Below are positions 17,511 to 24,344 of a stretch of DNA of 24,344 bases, in pieces. How positions within the stretch are numbered: position 1 is the stretch's first letter; each line of letters opens with the position of its first letter. The DNA lies in contig JAHLWS010000012.1 of the NCBI GenBank assembly GCA_019057795.1, forward strand, positions 1 to 24,344, written 5' to 3'. This stretch comes from Promethearchaeota archaeon (GTDB taxonomy: Archaea > Asgardarchaeota > Lokiarchaeia > Sigyniarchaeales > SOKP01). A program made the position numbers and the translations under genes. The notes below the pieces were generated by a model. It ran no database searches. It worked only from the letters and a program-made list of their open reading frames with translations, and was not told the DNA's origin.

Positions 17511-17557
17511 ATATATCGGAAGATATATTTAATACTATTAAGGGAAAATTATTATAA
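17367..17557 (+). pseudogene. Frameshifted C-terminal relic of a second G1PDH-like dehydrogenase, formerly the gene upstream of SBP 2
   Basis: IDIRPKSLGVTWKEIKQTLFALNEFVRKE/GLAYTILYEKDISEDIFNTIKGKLL*. LFALNEFVRKEGLAYTILYE aligns by eye with LKQLPKYCTEHGLLYGVAHE at the C-terminus of 11896..12894. The stop lies just before the RBS of 17578. Confidence 0.5.
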
Positions 17558-17577
17558 TTTTAAAGGAGGAATTTATC

Positions 17578-18927
17578 ATGAGAAAAGTATTATTAGTGAT
17601 AGCGGTGTTCTGTCTGCTTATGACAGCAACGCTGCTGGTAGCAGCAGAACAAAAATATGCAGGAGTTACTATACGGGTTATCGCTGAGCAACAGAATCCC
17701 ACCTTGGCGATGCAAAAACAAATACCAAAGTTTGAGGAAATAACAGGAATAAAAGTTGAGCTTGAAATTGGACCTATGGACAATGTGGTTGGTAAGGAAA
17801 TCCTGGCCTTAGAAAGCGGCACTGGTGCGTATGATCTCATTTCAATACCTTATCAATTCCTGGGGCAGTTAGAGGAGAATGGATATCTGCAGCCGTTGGA
17901 TCCTTTTTTAAATCGGGAAGATCTTAAACTTGAAGATTTTGACAAAAGTGATTTGATTTCGGGAATGGTGTCCGCTTCAGGGGAGTGGAAAGGTGTGAGT
18001 TACGGTATTACATCAAATTCGTGCATAATGATCATGTTTTATAGAAAGGATATCCTTGAAAACCCTGAAGAAAAGGCCGCTTTTAAAGCAAAGTACGGGT
18101 ATGAGCTAAAGTTACCGGTAAACTGGATTCAGTATCGCGATTTGGCTGAATTTTTTACCAGGAAATCGGGTGATAATCTAATGGGAGAAACCCTTAAGCA
18201 AAGTTTTTATGGTACAAGTATTGCAGGAAAACGACATGACGCTATGACCTGTGAATGGCTTAATTATGCATGGTCTTTCGGTGGCGGTATATTTGATGAA
18301 AAGGGTAATCTAATCATCGATAATCCAAAAAATGTTGAAGCTCTTGATTATTTCAAAGGTCTTGCGAAATTTTCTCCTCCAGGAGTAAGTAATAATACAT
18401 GGGATGAGTTAACTACCCAAATGCAGCAAGGCATTGTTGCAATGCAGATTCAATGGAATGATTGTGCTCCTTCTATAGAAGATCCTGAAACTTCAAAGGT
18501 AGTAGGGAAAGTCGGATATGCCTTAATACCTAAGGGCGAGGTACCCGTTGCCCACTTTGGTGCATGGACCTATTTTATTCCCGTTGATGCACCTAATCCC
18601 GAGGCAGCTTGGTTGTTTCTTCAATGGGTCAATACCTATAAAGTTCAGAAAGCAATTGCTCTCGAGGGAGGATTTCCATGTCTTACATCTGTGTATAATG
18701 ATCCAGAACTTAGTGAGAAATTGCCGTATTGGAAAGCAAGTCTAGATGCCTATGAGATAAGTACAACACGCCCACGTATCCCAGAATGGAATATCATGAA
18801 CAACGAAATGATGCTGGAACTCTCCATGGTTATAAGTGGAGAACAGACCTCAGCACAAGCTCTTGCAAATTTACAGAAGAAATACAATGATATATTGAAA
18901 GGGAAGCTGCCTGTTACTTATCAATAG
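17578..18927 (+). CDS. Carbohydrate ABC transporter (CUT1) substrate-binding protein 2
   Basis: Signal peptide; FEEITGIKV, YRKDIL, PVNWIQYRDLAEFF, GKVGYA, EAAWLFLQW, RPRIPEW; RBS AAGGAGG. Confidence 0.92.
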   Translation: MRKVLLVIAVFCLLMTATLLVAAEQKYAGVTIRVIAEQQNPTLAMQKQIPKFEEITGIKVELEIGPMDNVVGKEILALESGTGAYDLISIPYQFLGQLEENGYLQPLDPFLNREDLKLEDFDKSDLISGMVSASGEWKGVSYGITSNSCIMIMFYRKDILENPEEKAAFKAKYGYELKLPVNWIQYRDLAEFFTRKSGDNLMGETLKQSFYGTSIAGKRHDAMTCEWLNYAWSFGGGIFDEKGNLIIDNPKNVEALDYFKGLAKFSPPGVSNNTWDELTTQMQQGIVAMQIQWNDCAPSIEDPETSKVVGKVGYALIPKGEVPVAHFGAWTYFIPVDAPNPEAAWLFLQWVNTYKVQKAIALEGGFPCLTSVYNDPELSEKLPYWKASLDAYEISTTRPRIPEWNIMNNEMMLELSMVISGEQTSAQALANLQKKYNDILKGKLPVTYQ

Positions 18928-18945
18928 TATAATTTGAAATGTTAT

Positions 18946-18984
18946 TAATCAACTGGCTGACCAGATTGGTCAGCCAGTTGATTA
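18946..18984 (+). terminator. Intercistronic stem-loop after SBP 2
   Basis: Perfect 18-bp stem taatcaactggctgacca / tggtcagccagttgatta with a 3-nt loop and no U-tract. Confidence 0.75.
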
Positions 18985-19000
18985 CAACTAGGAGAATATT

Positions 19001-19894
19001 GTGAGTTTAAAAGTAGATTCCAAACAGAGAACAGCATTTATGTTCCATATACCGGCAATTGTTCTATTGACACTAATAACTATGGTTCCGCTGATCTACA
19101 ACTTAAGAATTAGTTTTTATGATTTTAGTTTAACTAGAGCAGGAAGTAGGGATATATTTGTTGGTCTGGAAAACTATAAAATGATTTTATCTGATCATGA
19201 ATTTTGGAATTCTATGTGGGTCACAGCAAAGTTTGTCATTGCTTCAACATTTATACAACTTGTGTTGGGAGTAATTATTGCTCTTATGCTGAACTACTAT
19301 AGTGGTTCCCTGAATCGATTGCTTACATCACTGGTAATGATACCCATGATGGTTGCTCCTTTGGTTGTCGGGCTTATGTATAGTTTCATTCTTAATCCGC
19401 AGTTTGGTTTGTACTCGTTTCTTGTTGATTTATTTCATCTAAATCTTTCCAAAACACCATTAAGTGCAGGAGGATCGGCTCTTTTTGTTCTTATTTTAAC
19501 TGATGTTTGGGAATGGACCCCATTTATGGCACTAATGACTCTTGCTGCATTAAAAGCTGCACCGATTGAACCCTATGAAGCTGCTCTTATCGACGGAGCT
19601 AATAGCTCCCAAATTTTTTTCAGAATTACAATTCCGCTCATCAGACCAGTTATTGCTGTTTCCATCATTCTGCGGGGTGTAGAAGCGTGTAAGGTATTCG
19701 ATAAGGCTTTTATCCTGACTGGAGGTGGTCCGGGCAACAGTACCGAAGTGATTGATCTGTTTACTTATAGAGAAGCTTTCGTAAAATATAATTTTAGCTA
19801 TGCTGCTGCGCTTTGTGTCGTGCTTTTTATTATTATGCTGATTTTTGGGATTTTGTACTGGAATTTTGTTATAGGGAAGCAGAGCAATGACTAA
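19001..19894 (+). CDS. Carbohydrate ABC transporter permease
   Basis: FVGLENY, DVWEWTPF, YEAALIDGA, ITIPLIRP, LTGGGPG. Confidence 0.93.
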   Translation: MSLKVDSKQRTAFMFHIPAIVLLTLITMVPLIYNLRISFYDFSLTRAGSRDIFVGLENYKMILSDHEFWNSMWVTAKFVIASTFIQLVLGVIIALMLNYYSGSLNRLLTSLVMIPMMVAPLVVGLMYSFILNPQFGLYSFLVDLFHLNLSKTPLSAGGSALFVLILTDVWEWTPFMALMTLAALKAAPIEPYEAALIDGANSSQIFFRITIPLIRPVIAVSIILRGVEACKVFDKAFILTGGGPGNSTEVIDLFTYREAFVKYNFSYAAALCVVLFIIMLIFGILYWNFVIGKQSND

Positions 19895-20711
19895 AAAAAC
19901 TTTAGCAATAAGAAGAACAGTTTTGATTATTTTTATACTATTTATACTTATGTATCTAATTCCTTACTTCTGGCTTATATCAACATCATTTAAAACACGA
20001 GTCGAGGCATTTTCCATTCCACCAAAACTTATTTTCAAAGCGACAATTAAAAACTATAGAATGGTATTTATAGAGAAAAATTTCGGTAAAAACCTACTGA
20101 ATAGTATGATTGTTGCTTTTTTTGTTACATCTATCTCCCTAATTGTCGGCTTACCATCAGCCTATGCATTCTCTAGATTTCGTATGAAAGGAGACAAGAT
20201 ATTATTTTTTTATTTACTCGGAACACGATTTACGCCGGTAATTGTTCTGTCACTGCCACTCTATTTCATCATGGCCGATCTCAGGTTACTGAATAGTTTC
20301 ATAGGAATCATTTTAGCACATTCAGCTTTCAATATTGCTTTTGTTGTTTGGATGATGAAAGGTTTTTTCGACACTATTCCAAAGGAGATAGACGAATCAG
20401 CAAGAGTGGATGGATGTTCCTGGTTTGGAAGTTTCTTCCGAATAGCAATTCCTTTGACTGCTCACGGGATTGCAGCAACATCAATATTTTGTGCTATCAA
20501 TTCATGGAATGAGTTTCTCATGGCATTTATTCTTACAGGGTATAAAACCGCAACATTGCCAGTAGCGCTTCCGGGATTGATGACGCCGCAAGGAACATTC
20601 TGGGGCCAGATTGCCGCAGTTGGTTCGGTGATTACCATTCCTGTACTAATTTTTGCGTTCATTGTCCAGAAATATATGGTTCAGGGCATGAGTGCGGGAG
20701 CAATAAAATAA
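19887..20711 (+). CDS. Carbohydrate ABC transporter permease
   Basis: STSFK, AYAFSRF, FFDTIPKEIDESARVDG, SWNEF, QKYMVQG. Confidence 0.93.
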   Translation: MTKKTLAIRRTVLIIFILFILMYLIPYFWLISTSFKTRVEAFSIPPKLIFKATIKNYRMVFIEKNFGKNLLNSMIVAFFVTSISLIVGLPSAYAFSRFRMKGDKILFFYLLGTRFTPVIVLSLPLYFIMADLRLLNSFIGIILAHSAFNIAFVVWMMKGFFDTIPKEIDESARVDGCSWFGSFFRIAIPLTAHGIAATSIFCAINSWNEFLMAFILTGYKTATLPVALPGLMTPQGTFWGQIAAVGSVITIPVLIFAFIVQKYMVQGMSAGAIK

Positions 20712-20749
20712 TGTATTAGAATAAAATAATCTATTAGGAGGAATGCAAA

Positions 20750-22051
20750 ATGACTAAAAAAACTTTAAATGAATGGCAGCGTGAAGCATCTGTGTATATA
20801 ACAGGAGGAATGTCTTCCAGCTTTAGAGCAAATCAGTTTACTGGTGTCCCCATGTACGCGGAGAAAGCGGATGGGGCTAGGTTTATCGACCTGGCCGGTA
20901 AGGAGTATATTGATTTTTTCATGTGCCATGGCGCGGTACTGTTAGGACATAATTGTCCTGAGGTAAAACGCGCTCTCATTCTTTCCATTGAGAAAGGGTT
21001 TTTTGCTGGGATGGATTCTCCGGAAACAGTTACTTTTGCGGAAAAGTTATGTCGGGCAGTTCCTGCAGCCGAGGAGATTCGATTTGTAAATTCAGGCAGC
21101 GAGGGTACTCTACTAGCTCTGAGGCTTGCCCGTGGATATACAGGAAAGGATAAGATCATTAGAATCGATGGTCATTTTCATGGTGTACACGATTATTTGC
21201 TCGCTAATAACTTAGTTAGTAAAGTGGATTATGAGAATGATGGTAACCGGGCATCAAGGACAATCGGCAGAACTGCTGGTATACCATATATTATAGATCA
21301 GGTTGTTATTCCTATCCCCTGGAATAATATTGAAATCATGGAAAGAATACTAAAAGAGCAGGATGATGAAATTGGTGGAATTATCATGAATGTTATTGAT
21401 TACAATAACGGATGTTTCCTGACGACATCAAAATATCTGCAGCAGGTACGCATGTTGGCTGATAAGTATAACGTAGTACTAATATTTGATGAGATACTAT
21501 CTGGTTTCAAAACAGGAGTTTCCTGTGGCCATGGATATTATGGAGTTGTACCAGATATCTGTACCTTGGGAAAAGCGCTTACTAATGATGTGCCTATGGG
21601 AATTGTTGTTGGAAAAAAGGAGATCATGAGCAAGATCATGGACCCCGTGAATCCTGTTATTGCTGGAGGCACTTTTTCTGGAAATCAGCTTGGTATAGCT
21701 GCGGGTAATGCTGTTATGGATATTCTATGCAGGCCGGGATTCTATAGGGAATACTTACCTCGAGTTGAAAAATTCTATGAAGAATTGAAAAAACTCTTCA
21801 ATTCTTATGGATTTCCTGCTGTAGTTCAGGGACTAGGGGCAGGTTTTTATATCTATATTGGTACAGACAAACCTCTTGAGACTTATAGCGATCTTAAACG
21901 AACAAACAAACCCCTTGCTAAAGATTTTTTTACATCATGTATTCGGCATGGACTGTACTTTCATACTGATTTTACGGTCTCAGCGGCACATGACCAGGGC
22001 ACTTTAGATGAAGCCCTTTCCAGGTTTGAGGATGTGCTAAAGGAATTTTAG
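20750..22051 (+). CDS. Class III PLP aminotransferase, glutamate-1-semialdehyde aminomutase (HemL)-like paralogue
   Basis: GGMSSSFR, EYIDF, LLGH, RFVNSGSEG, GHFHGVHD, LIFDEILSGF, LGKAL, GGTFSGN; no tetrapyrrole genes nearby. Confidence 0.88.
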   Translation: MTKKTLNEWQREASVYITGGMSSSFRANQFTGVPMYAEKADGARFIDLAGKEYIDFFMCHGAVLLGHNCPEVKRALILSIEKGFFAGMDSPETVTFAEKLCRAVPAAEEIRFVNSGSEGTLLALRLARGYTGKDKIIRIDGHFHGVHDYLLANNLVSKVDYENDGNRASRTIGRTAGIPYIIDQVVIPIPWNNIEIMERILKEQDDEIGGIIMNVIDYNNGCFLTTSKYLQQVRMLADKYNVVLIFDEILSGFKTGVSCGHGYYGVVPDICTLGKALTNDVPMGIVVGKKEIMSKIMDPVNPVIAGGTFSGNQLGIAAGNAVMDILCRPGFYREYLPRVEKFYEELKKLFNSYGFPAVVQGLGAGFYIYIGTDKPLETYSDLKRTNKPLAKDFFTSCIRHGLYFHTDFTVSAAHDQGTLDEALSRFEDVLKEF

Positions 22052-22061
22052 GAGGAAGGTA

Positions 22062-23390
22062 ATGAAAATGCAAGATTATCTGATCCTGGATAATCAGATT
22101 GTGTCTCAAGTGTATGCACGTGATCCTTTAGTTATTTCAGGTGGGGAAGGAGTGTTCCTATATGATATCGATGGAAAGAAATACTATGATTTTTCAGCCC
22201 ATTATTCATCGTCTAGCCTTGGACACAATCATCCAGAATTAATTAAGGGAATAATTAAACAATTATCAACCTTGGTATCAGTATCAGTACAGTTTGCTAC
22301 TAGAGAACGTGTTGCTTTGGCTAAGCGTTTGCTATTATTGAGCGGTGAGAATTACAAAAAGGTTCTATTTGGGGTTACTGGTTCTGATGCGATTGAATTT
22401 GCACTGAAAGCAGCAAAATACTGTAAAAAGGGGGGTGTGATTGTCTCTTTTTGGCGGGGGTATCATGGAGCGACAGCTGGTTCTGCCGCAGCTACTGGAA
22501 AAGCAGAAACGATCCAGATTGATCCAAGCATCACGTCCTTATTGCCAAGTGGGTTTGTACATGTATCTCCACCATACTGTTACCGTTGTGACTACAAAAA
22601 GGAGTATCCCTCATGCGATTTATTCTGTATTGATTTTATTAAAAAGAGGATTATTAATGATGGATACGATAATATTGCGGCAATAATTACTGAACCGATT
22701 CAGGCCGCAGGTGGTGTAATTGTTCCACCACCTGGGTATTTAAAGGCTCTTAAAAAACTATGCAGAGAACTGGATGCCCTTCTAATCTTTGATGAAGTGG
22801 TTACTGGTTTTGGTAGAACAGGTTCATTCTTTGCATCTCAGCATTGGGATGTGTATCCGGATATAATGGTAGTTGGAAAGGCTTTAACGGGTGGATATAT
22901 ACCCGGTTCAGCAGTTCTGATGACCTCTGAGGTTGGAGAAGCAATGGATAAGCTTACGTTGCATGGGCATACTCATTCTGCATACCCTCTAATGTGTGCT
23001 TCGGCGCTAACAAACCTGGATATCATAGAAAACGAGAGACTTCCTGATAATGCCAAGAGAGTAGGCAATATAATTATTAAAAGACTACAAAAAATGATGG
23101 GAAAGTATTCCTTTATTGGAGATATACGTGGTGTGGGACTTCTTATTGCTATTGAGATCGTTCAAGATCGTGATTCCCGCCAGGCAGATTATCAAATGGC
23201 AGATAAACTGTATTCTAAATTGCGTGAAGCCGGGATTATAACTGAATTAGAGAGTTCTCCCAGATTGGAAAGCAGCGTTATTGTGCTACATCCACCGCTT
23301 ATTTTGTCTGAAAAAGAAGCATGCGAAGCCCTTGATATTATAGAAAGAGTATTTAATGAAATAAAAGGAGTATGTGGGGTCAGGTCTTGA
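22062..23390 (+). CDS. Class III PLP aminotransferase (GabT/omega-amine transaminase-like)
   Basis: DGKKYYDF, LGHNHP, GSDAIE, GYHG, EPIQAAGG, FDEVVTGFGRTG, GKALTGG, DIRGVGL; the last codons (GVRS*) come from the inverted repeat at 23376-23395. Confidence 0.92.
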   Translation: MKMQDYLILDNQIVSQVYARDPLVISGGEGVFLYDIDGKKYYDFSAHYSSSSLGHNHPELIKGIIKQLSTLVSVSVQFATRERVALAKRLLLLSGENYKKVLFGVTGSDAIEFALKAAKYCKKGGVIVSFWRGYHGATAGSAAATGKAETIQIDPSITSLLPSGFVHVSPPYCYRCDYKKEYPSCDLFCIDFIKKRIINDGYDNIAAIITEPIQAAGGVIVPPPGYLKALKKLCRELDALLIFDEVVTGFGRTGSFFASQHWDVYPDIMVVGKALTGGYIPGSAVLMTSEVGEAMDKLTLHGHTHSAYPLMCASALTNLDIIENERLPDNAKRVGNIIIKRLQKMMGKYSFIGDIRGVGLLIAIEIVQDRDSRQADYQMADKLYSKLREAGIITELESSPRLESSVIVLHPPLILSEKEACEALDIIERVFNEIKGVCGVRS

Positions 23391-23560
23391 AATATAATAA
23401 AAGCTATATTATCTTTGCAGCATGACCGGGGCATTACGGATATAATTTTCAGGAGCAATTTATTACATCACTTCCAGAAGAAATACTGTACAAACGATCT
23501 TTCTTGATATTAAAAAAATTGAGGGGGAAGATGAAAAGTGATATTGCAAGAACTGACCCC
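23376..23560 (+). mobile_element. 185-bp internally deleted RAYT-type (Y1 transposase) mini-element with 20-bp terminal inverted repeats
   Basis: Left GGGGTCAGGTCTTGAAATAT (23376-23395) and right ATATTGCAAGAACTGACCCC (23541-23560) are 18/20 complementary. The interior 23422-23541 reads MTGALRI*FSGAIYYITSRRNTVQTIFLD-IKKIEGEDEK*, a decayed RAYT N-terminus (MARxLRIxxPGAxYHITSRGN....IF.D) joined to a short tail. Confidence 0.8.
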
Positions 23561-23565
23561 CTAAT

Positions 23566-23724
23566 CTTTCTGATGACCTAGATGAAATTTTATCACTCGC
23601 TGATCGAATTGCAGTTATTTACGAGGGTGAGATTATGGGAGTGGTAAAGCGAAATGAAGTTAGTGTTGAGGAACTGGGTCTACTGATGGGAGGGGCGCAC
23701 AGACATAATACAAGTAAAATTTGA
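23566..23724 (+). pseudogene. C-terminal relic of a CUT2-type (nucleoside/monosaccharide) ABC transporter ATPase
   Basis: LSDDLDEILSLADRIAVIYEGEIMGVVKRNEVSVEELGLLMGG; begins right after the mini-element's right inverted repeat and has no start codon. Confidence 0.85.
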
Positions 23725-23749
23725 CAGAAACAGAAGGATATGCTAATAT
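23721..23749 (+). promoter_or_regulatory. Sigma70-type promoter for the leader peptide and DAHP synthase
   Basis: TTGACA (23721-23726), 17-nt spacer ending TGC (extended -10), TAATAT (23744-23749). Confidence 0.7.
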
Positions 23750-23776
23750 TTTGAAAAATGTTAAGGAGTAGATAAG

Positions 23777-23869
23777 GTGGTTTCAAAAAGAGAATTTACT
23801 AAATTAATAAATTCCTTTAATTATTTTTCCTTCTATTTTACCACCGATGTTTATGCCTTAACATCTTAG
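23777..23869 (+). CDS. Phe/Tyr-rich attenuator leader peptide, 30 aa (MVSKREFTKLINSFNYFSFYFTTDVYALTS)
   Basis: RBS AAGGAG (23763-23768) 8 nt before GTG; 6 of 8 consecutive codons (FNYFSFYF, 23816-23839) are Phe or Tyr; upstream of DAHP synthase and overlapping the first pairing segment. Confidence 0.78.
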   Translation: MVSKREFTKLINSFNYFSFYFTTDVYALTS

Positions 23870-23987
23870 AGGTTTAAAACAAGATATTATAGGCATAGAC
23901 ATCGGTTTTATGCCTATGATATCTTTATATAATATATTTATGTATAAATAAAAGTCATAGGTTTTTTAAATTCCTATGGCTTTTTTT
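23843..23987 (+). promoter_or_regulatory. Transcription attenuator with mutually exclusive hairpins A:B, B:C, C:D and D:E
   Basis: A accgatgtttatgcct (23843-23858) pairs with B aggcatagacatcggt (23891-23906). B gatattataggcata (23883-23897) pairs with C tatgcctatgatatc (23909-23923). C cctatgat pairs with D gtcatagg (23954-23961). D pairs with E cctatggc (23973-23980). Each pairing is complete allowing one G-U. Confidence 0.8.
23951..23987 (+). terminator. Rho-independent terminator (D:E hairpin of the attenuator)
   Basis: agtcatagg ... cctatggct stem followed by T7 (23981-23987). Confidence 0.85.
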
Positions 23988-24006
23988 ATTTTATAAGAGA
24001 AAATGG

Positions 24007-24029
24007 TGTCAAAGAACCGTCCCTTAACA
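24007..24029. repeat. REP-like palindrome, reverse-oriented relative of 1506-1529
   Basis: tgtcaaagaaccgtcccttaaca; its reverse complement tgttaagggacggttctttgaca resembles tgtcaaagggacggtctaatgaca. Confidence 0.55.
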
Positions 24030-24105
24030 CGTATTTAAGGGGATCAAAAATATTAAGAAAAGATTTATTTAAAGAAACTTCAAACCAAAAGGAGGGTGAA
24101 TTCAA

Positions 24106-24344
24106 GTGATTATTGTGATGAACGGCAAGACTGATGATGCTGATGTAGAAAAAATAGTAAAGAAATTGAATGAAATGGGACACGAGGTACATATCATTAG
24201 AGGTGAAAGACGAATTGTTTTAGGAGTAATCGGAGATGTAGAAAATTTAGCTTCTGTACCCTTTTATGCCTTTAAGGGAGTAGAAGAGATTATCCGTATC
24301 ATGAAACCTTATAAATTGGCCAGCAGAGAATTTAAGGATTTTGA
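24106..24344 (+). CDS. aroF: 3-deoxy-7-phosphoheptulonate (DAHP) synthase, type I-beta with N-terminal ferredoxin-like regulatory domain (partial, runs off the window)
   Basis: GTG start after RBS AGGAGGGTG; MIIVMNGKTDDADVEKIVKKLNEMGHEVHIIRGERRIVLGVIGD...GVEEIIRIMKPYKLASREF matches the Thermotoga-type DAHP synthase N-terminus. Confidence 0.93.
   Translation, partial: MIIVMNGKTDDADVEKIVKKLNEMGHEVHIIRGERRIVLGVIGDVENLASVPFYAFKGVEEIIRIMKPYKLASREFKDF

Noticed and set aside
17367-17687. 106-aa ORF as a real gene
   Set aside because: It is a chimera of the pseudogene frame reading through its frameshift and overlapping the SBP start out of frame.
4904-20711. Both ABC systems being defective because no ATPase gene is present
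   Set aside because: CUT1 importers commonly share an MsmX/MalK-type ATPase encoded elsewhere; the ATPase relic at 23566 is CUT2-type and unrelated.
20750-22051. Assigning the symbol hemL and tetrapyrrole synthesis
   Set aside because: Divergent sequence, no hem/cob genes, operonic with a sugar ABC importer.
671-24192. Short minus-strand and alternative-frame ORFs (671, 1179, 2084, 4027, 4705, 8915, 9778, 10339, 11037, 12229, 16896, 17538, 18548, 20462, 20833, 22441, 23192, 23986)
   Set aside because: They are shadows of well-supported + strand genes or relics, or low-complexity AT-rich frames, with no recognisable motifs.

Overview
This is an AT-rich bacterial window in which every credible gene is on the + strand. 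It opens with a stand-alone Fe-S PD-(D/E)XK (AddB/Cas4-like) nuclease. About 21 kb of sugar-amine catabolic modules follow. (i) A FrlB-like SIS deglycase and a truncated Zn-dehydrogenase. (ii) A ROK repressor, a CUT1 sugar ABC transporter, an amidohydrolase and a non-canonical argininosuccinate-lyase-like C-N lyase. (iii) A PPi-type phosphofructokinase and a glycerol-1-P-dehydrogenase-like enzyme, lying between two relics of a BadF-type sugar kinase. (iv) A StsC/BtrR/RifK-like aminotransferase and a Gfo/Idh/MocA oxidoreductase. (v) A 5'-truncated nagA and an intact nagB. (vi) After a dead IS200 tnpA, a second CUT1 ABC transporter with two class III aminotransferases. Most module junctions contain gene relics that the ORF track misses, and several coincide with short palindromes or RAYT-type transposase remnants, including a 185-bp mini-element with 20-bp inverted repeats. 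The window ends with the start of a type I-beta DAHP synthase. It is preceded by a promoter, a Phe/Tyr-rich 30-aa leader peptide and a five-segment set of alternative RNA hairpins that reads as a complete ribosome-mediated attenuator. All family calls come from recognising motifs by eye; no database searches were run, and substrate assignments are hypotheses.
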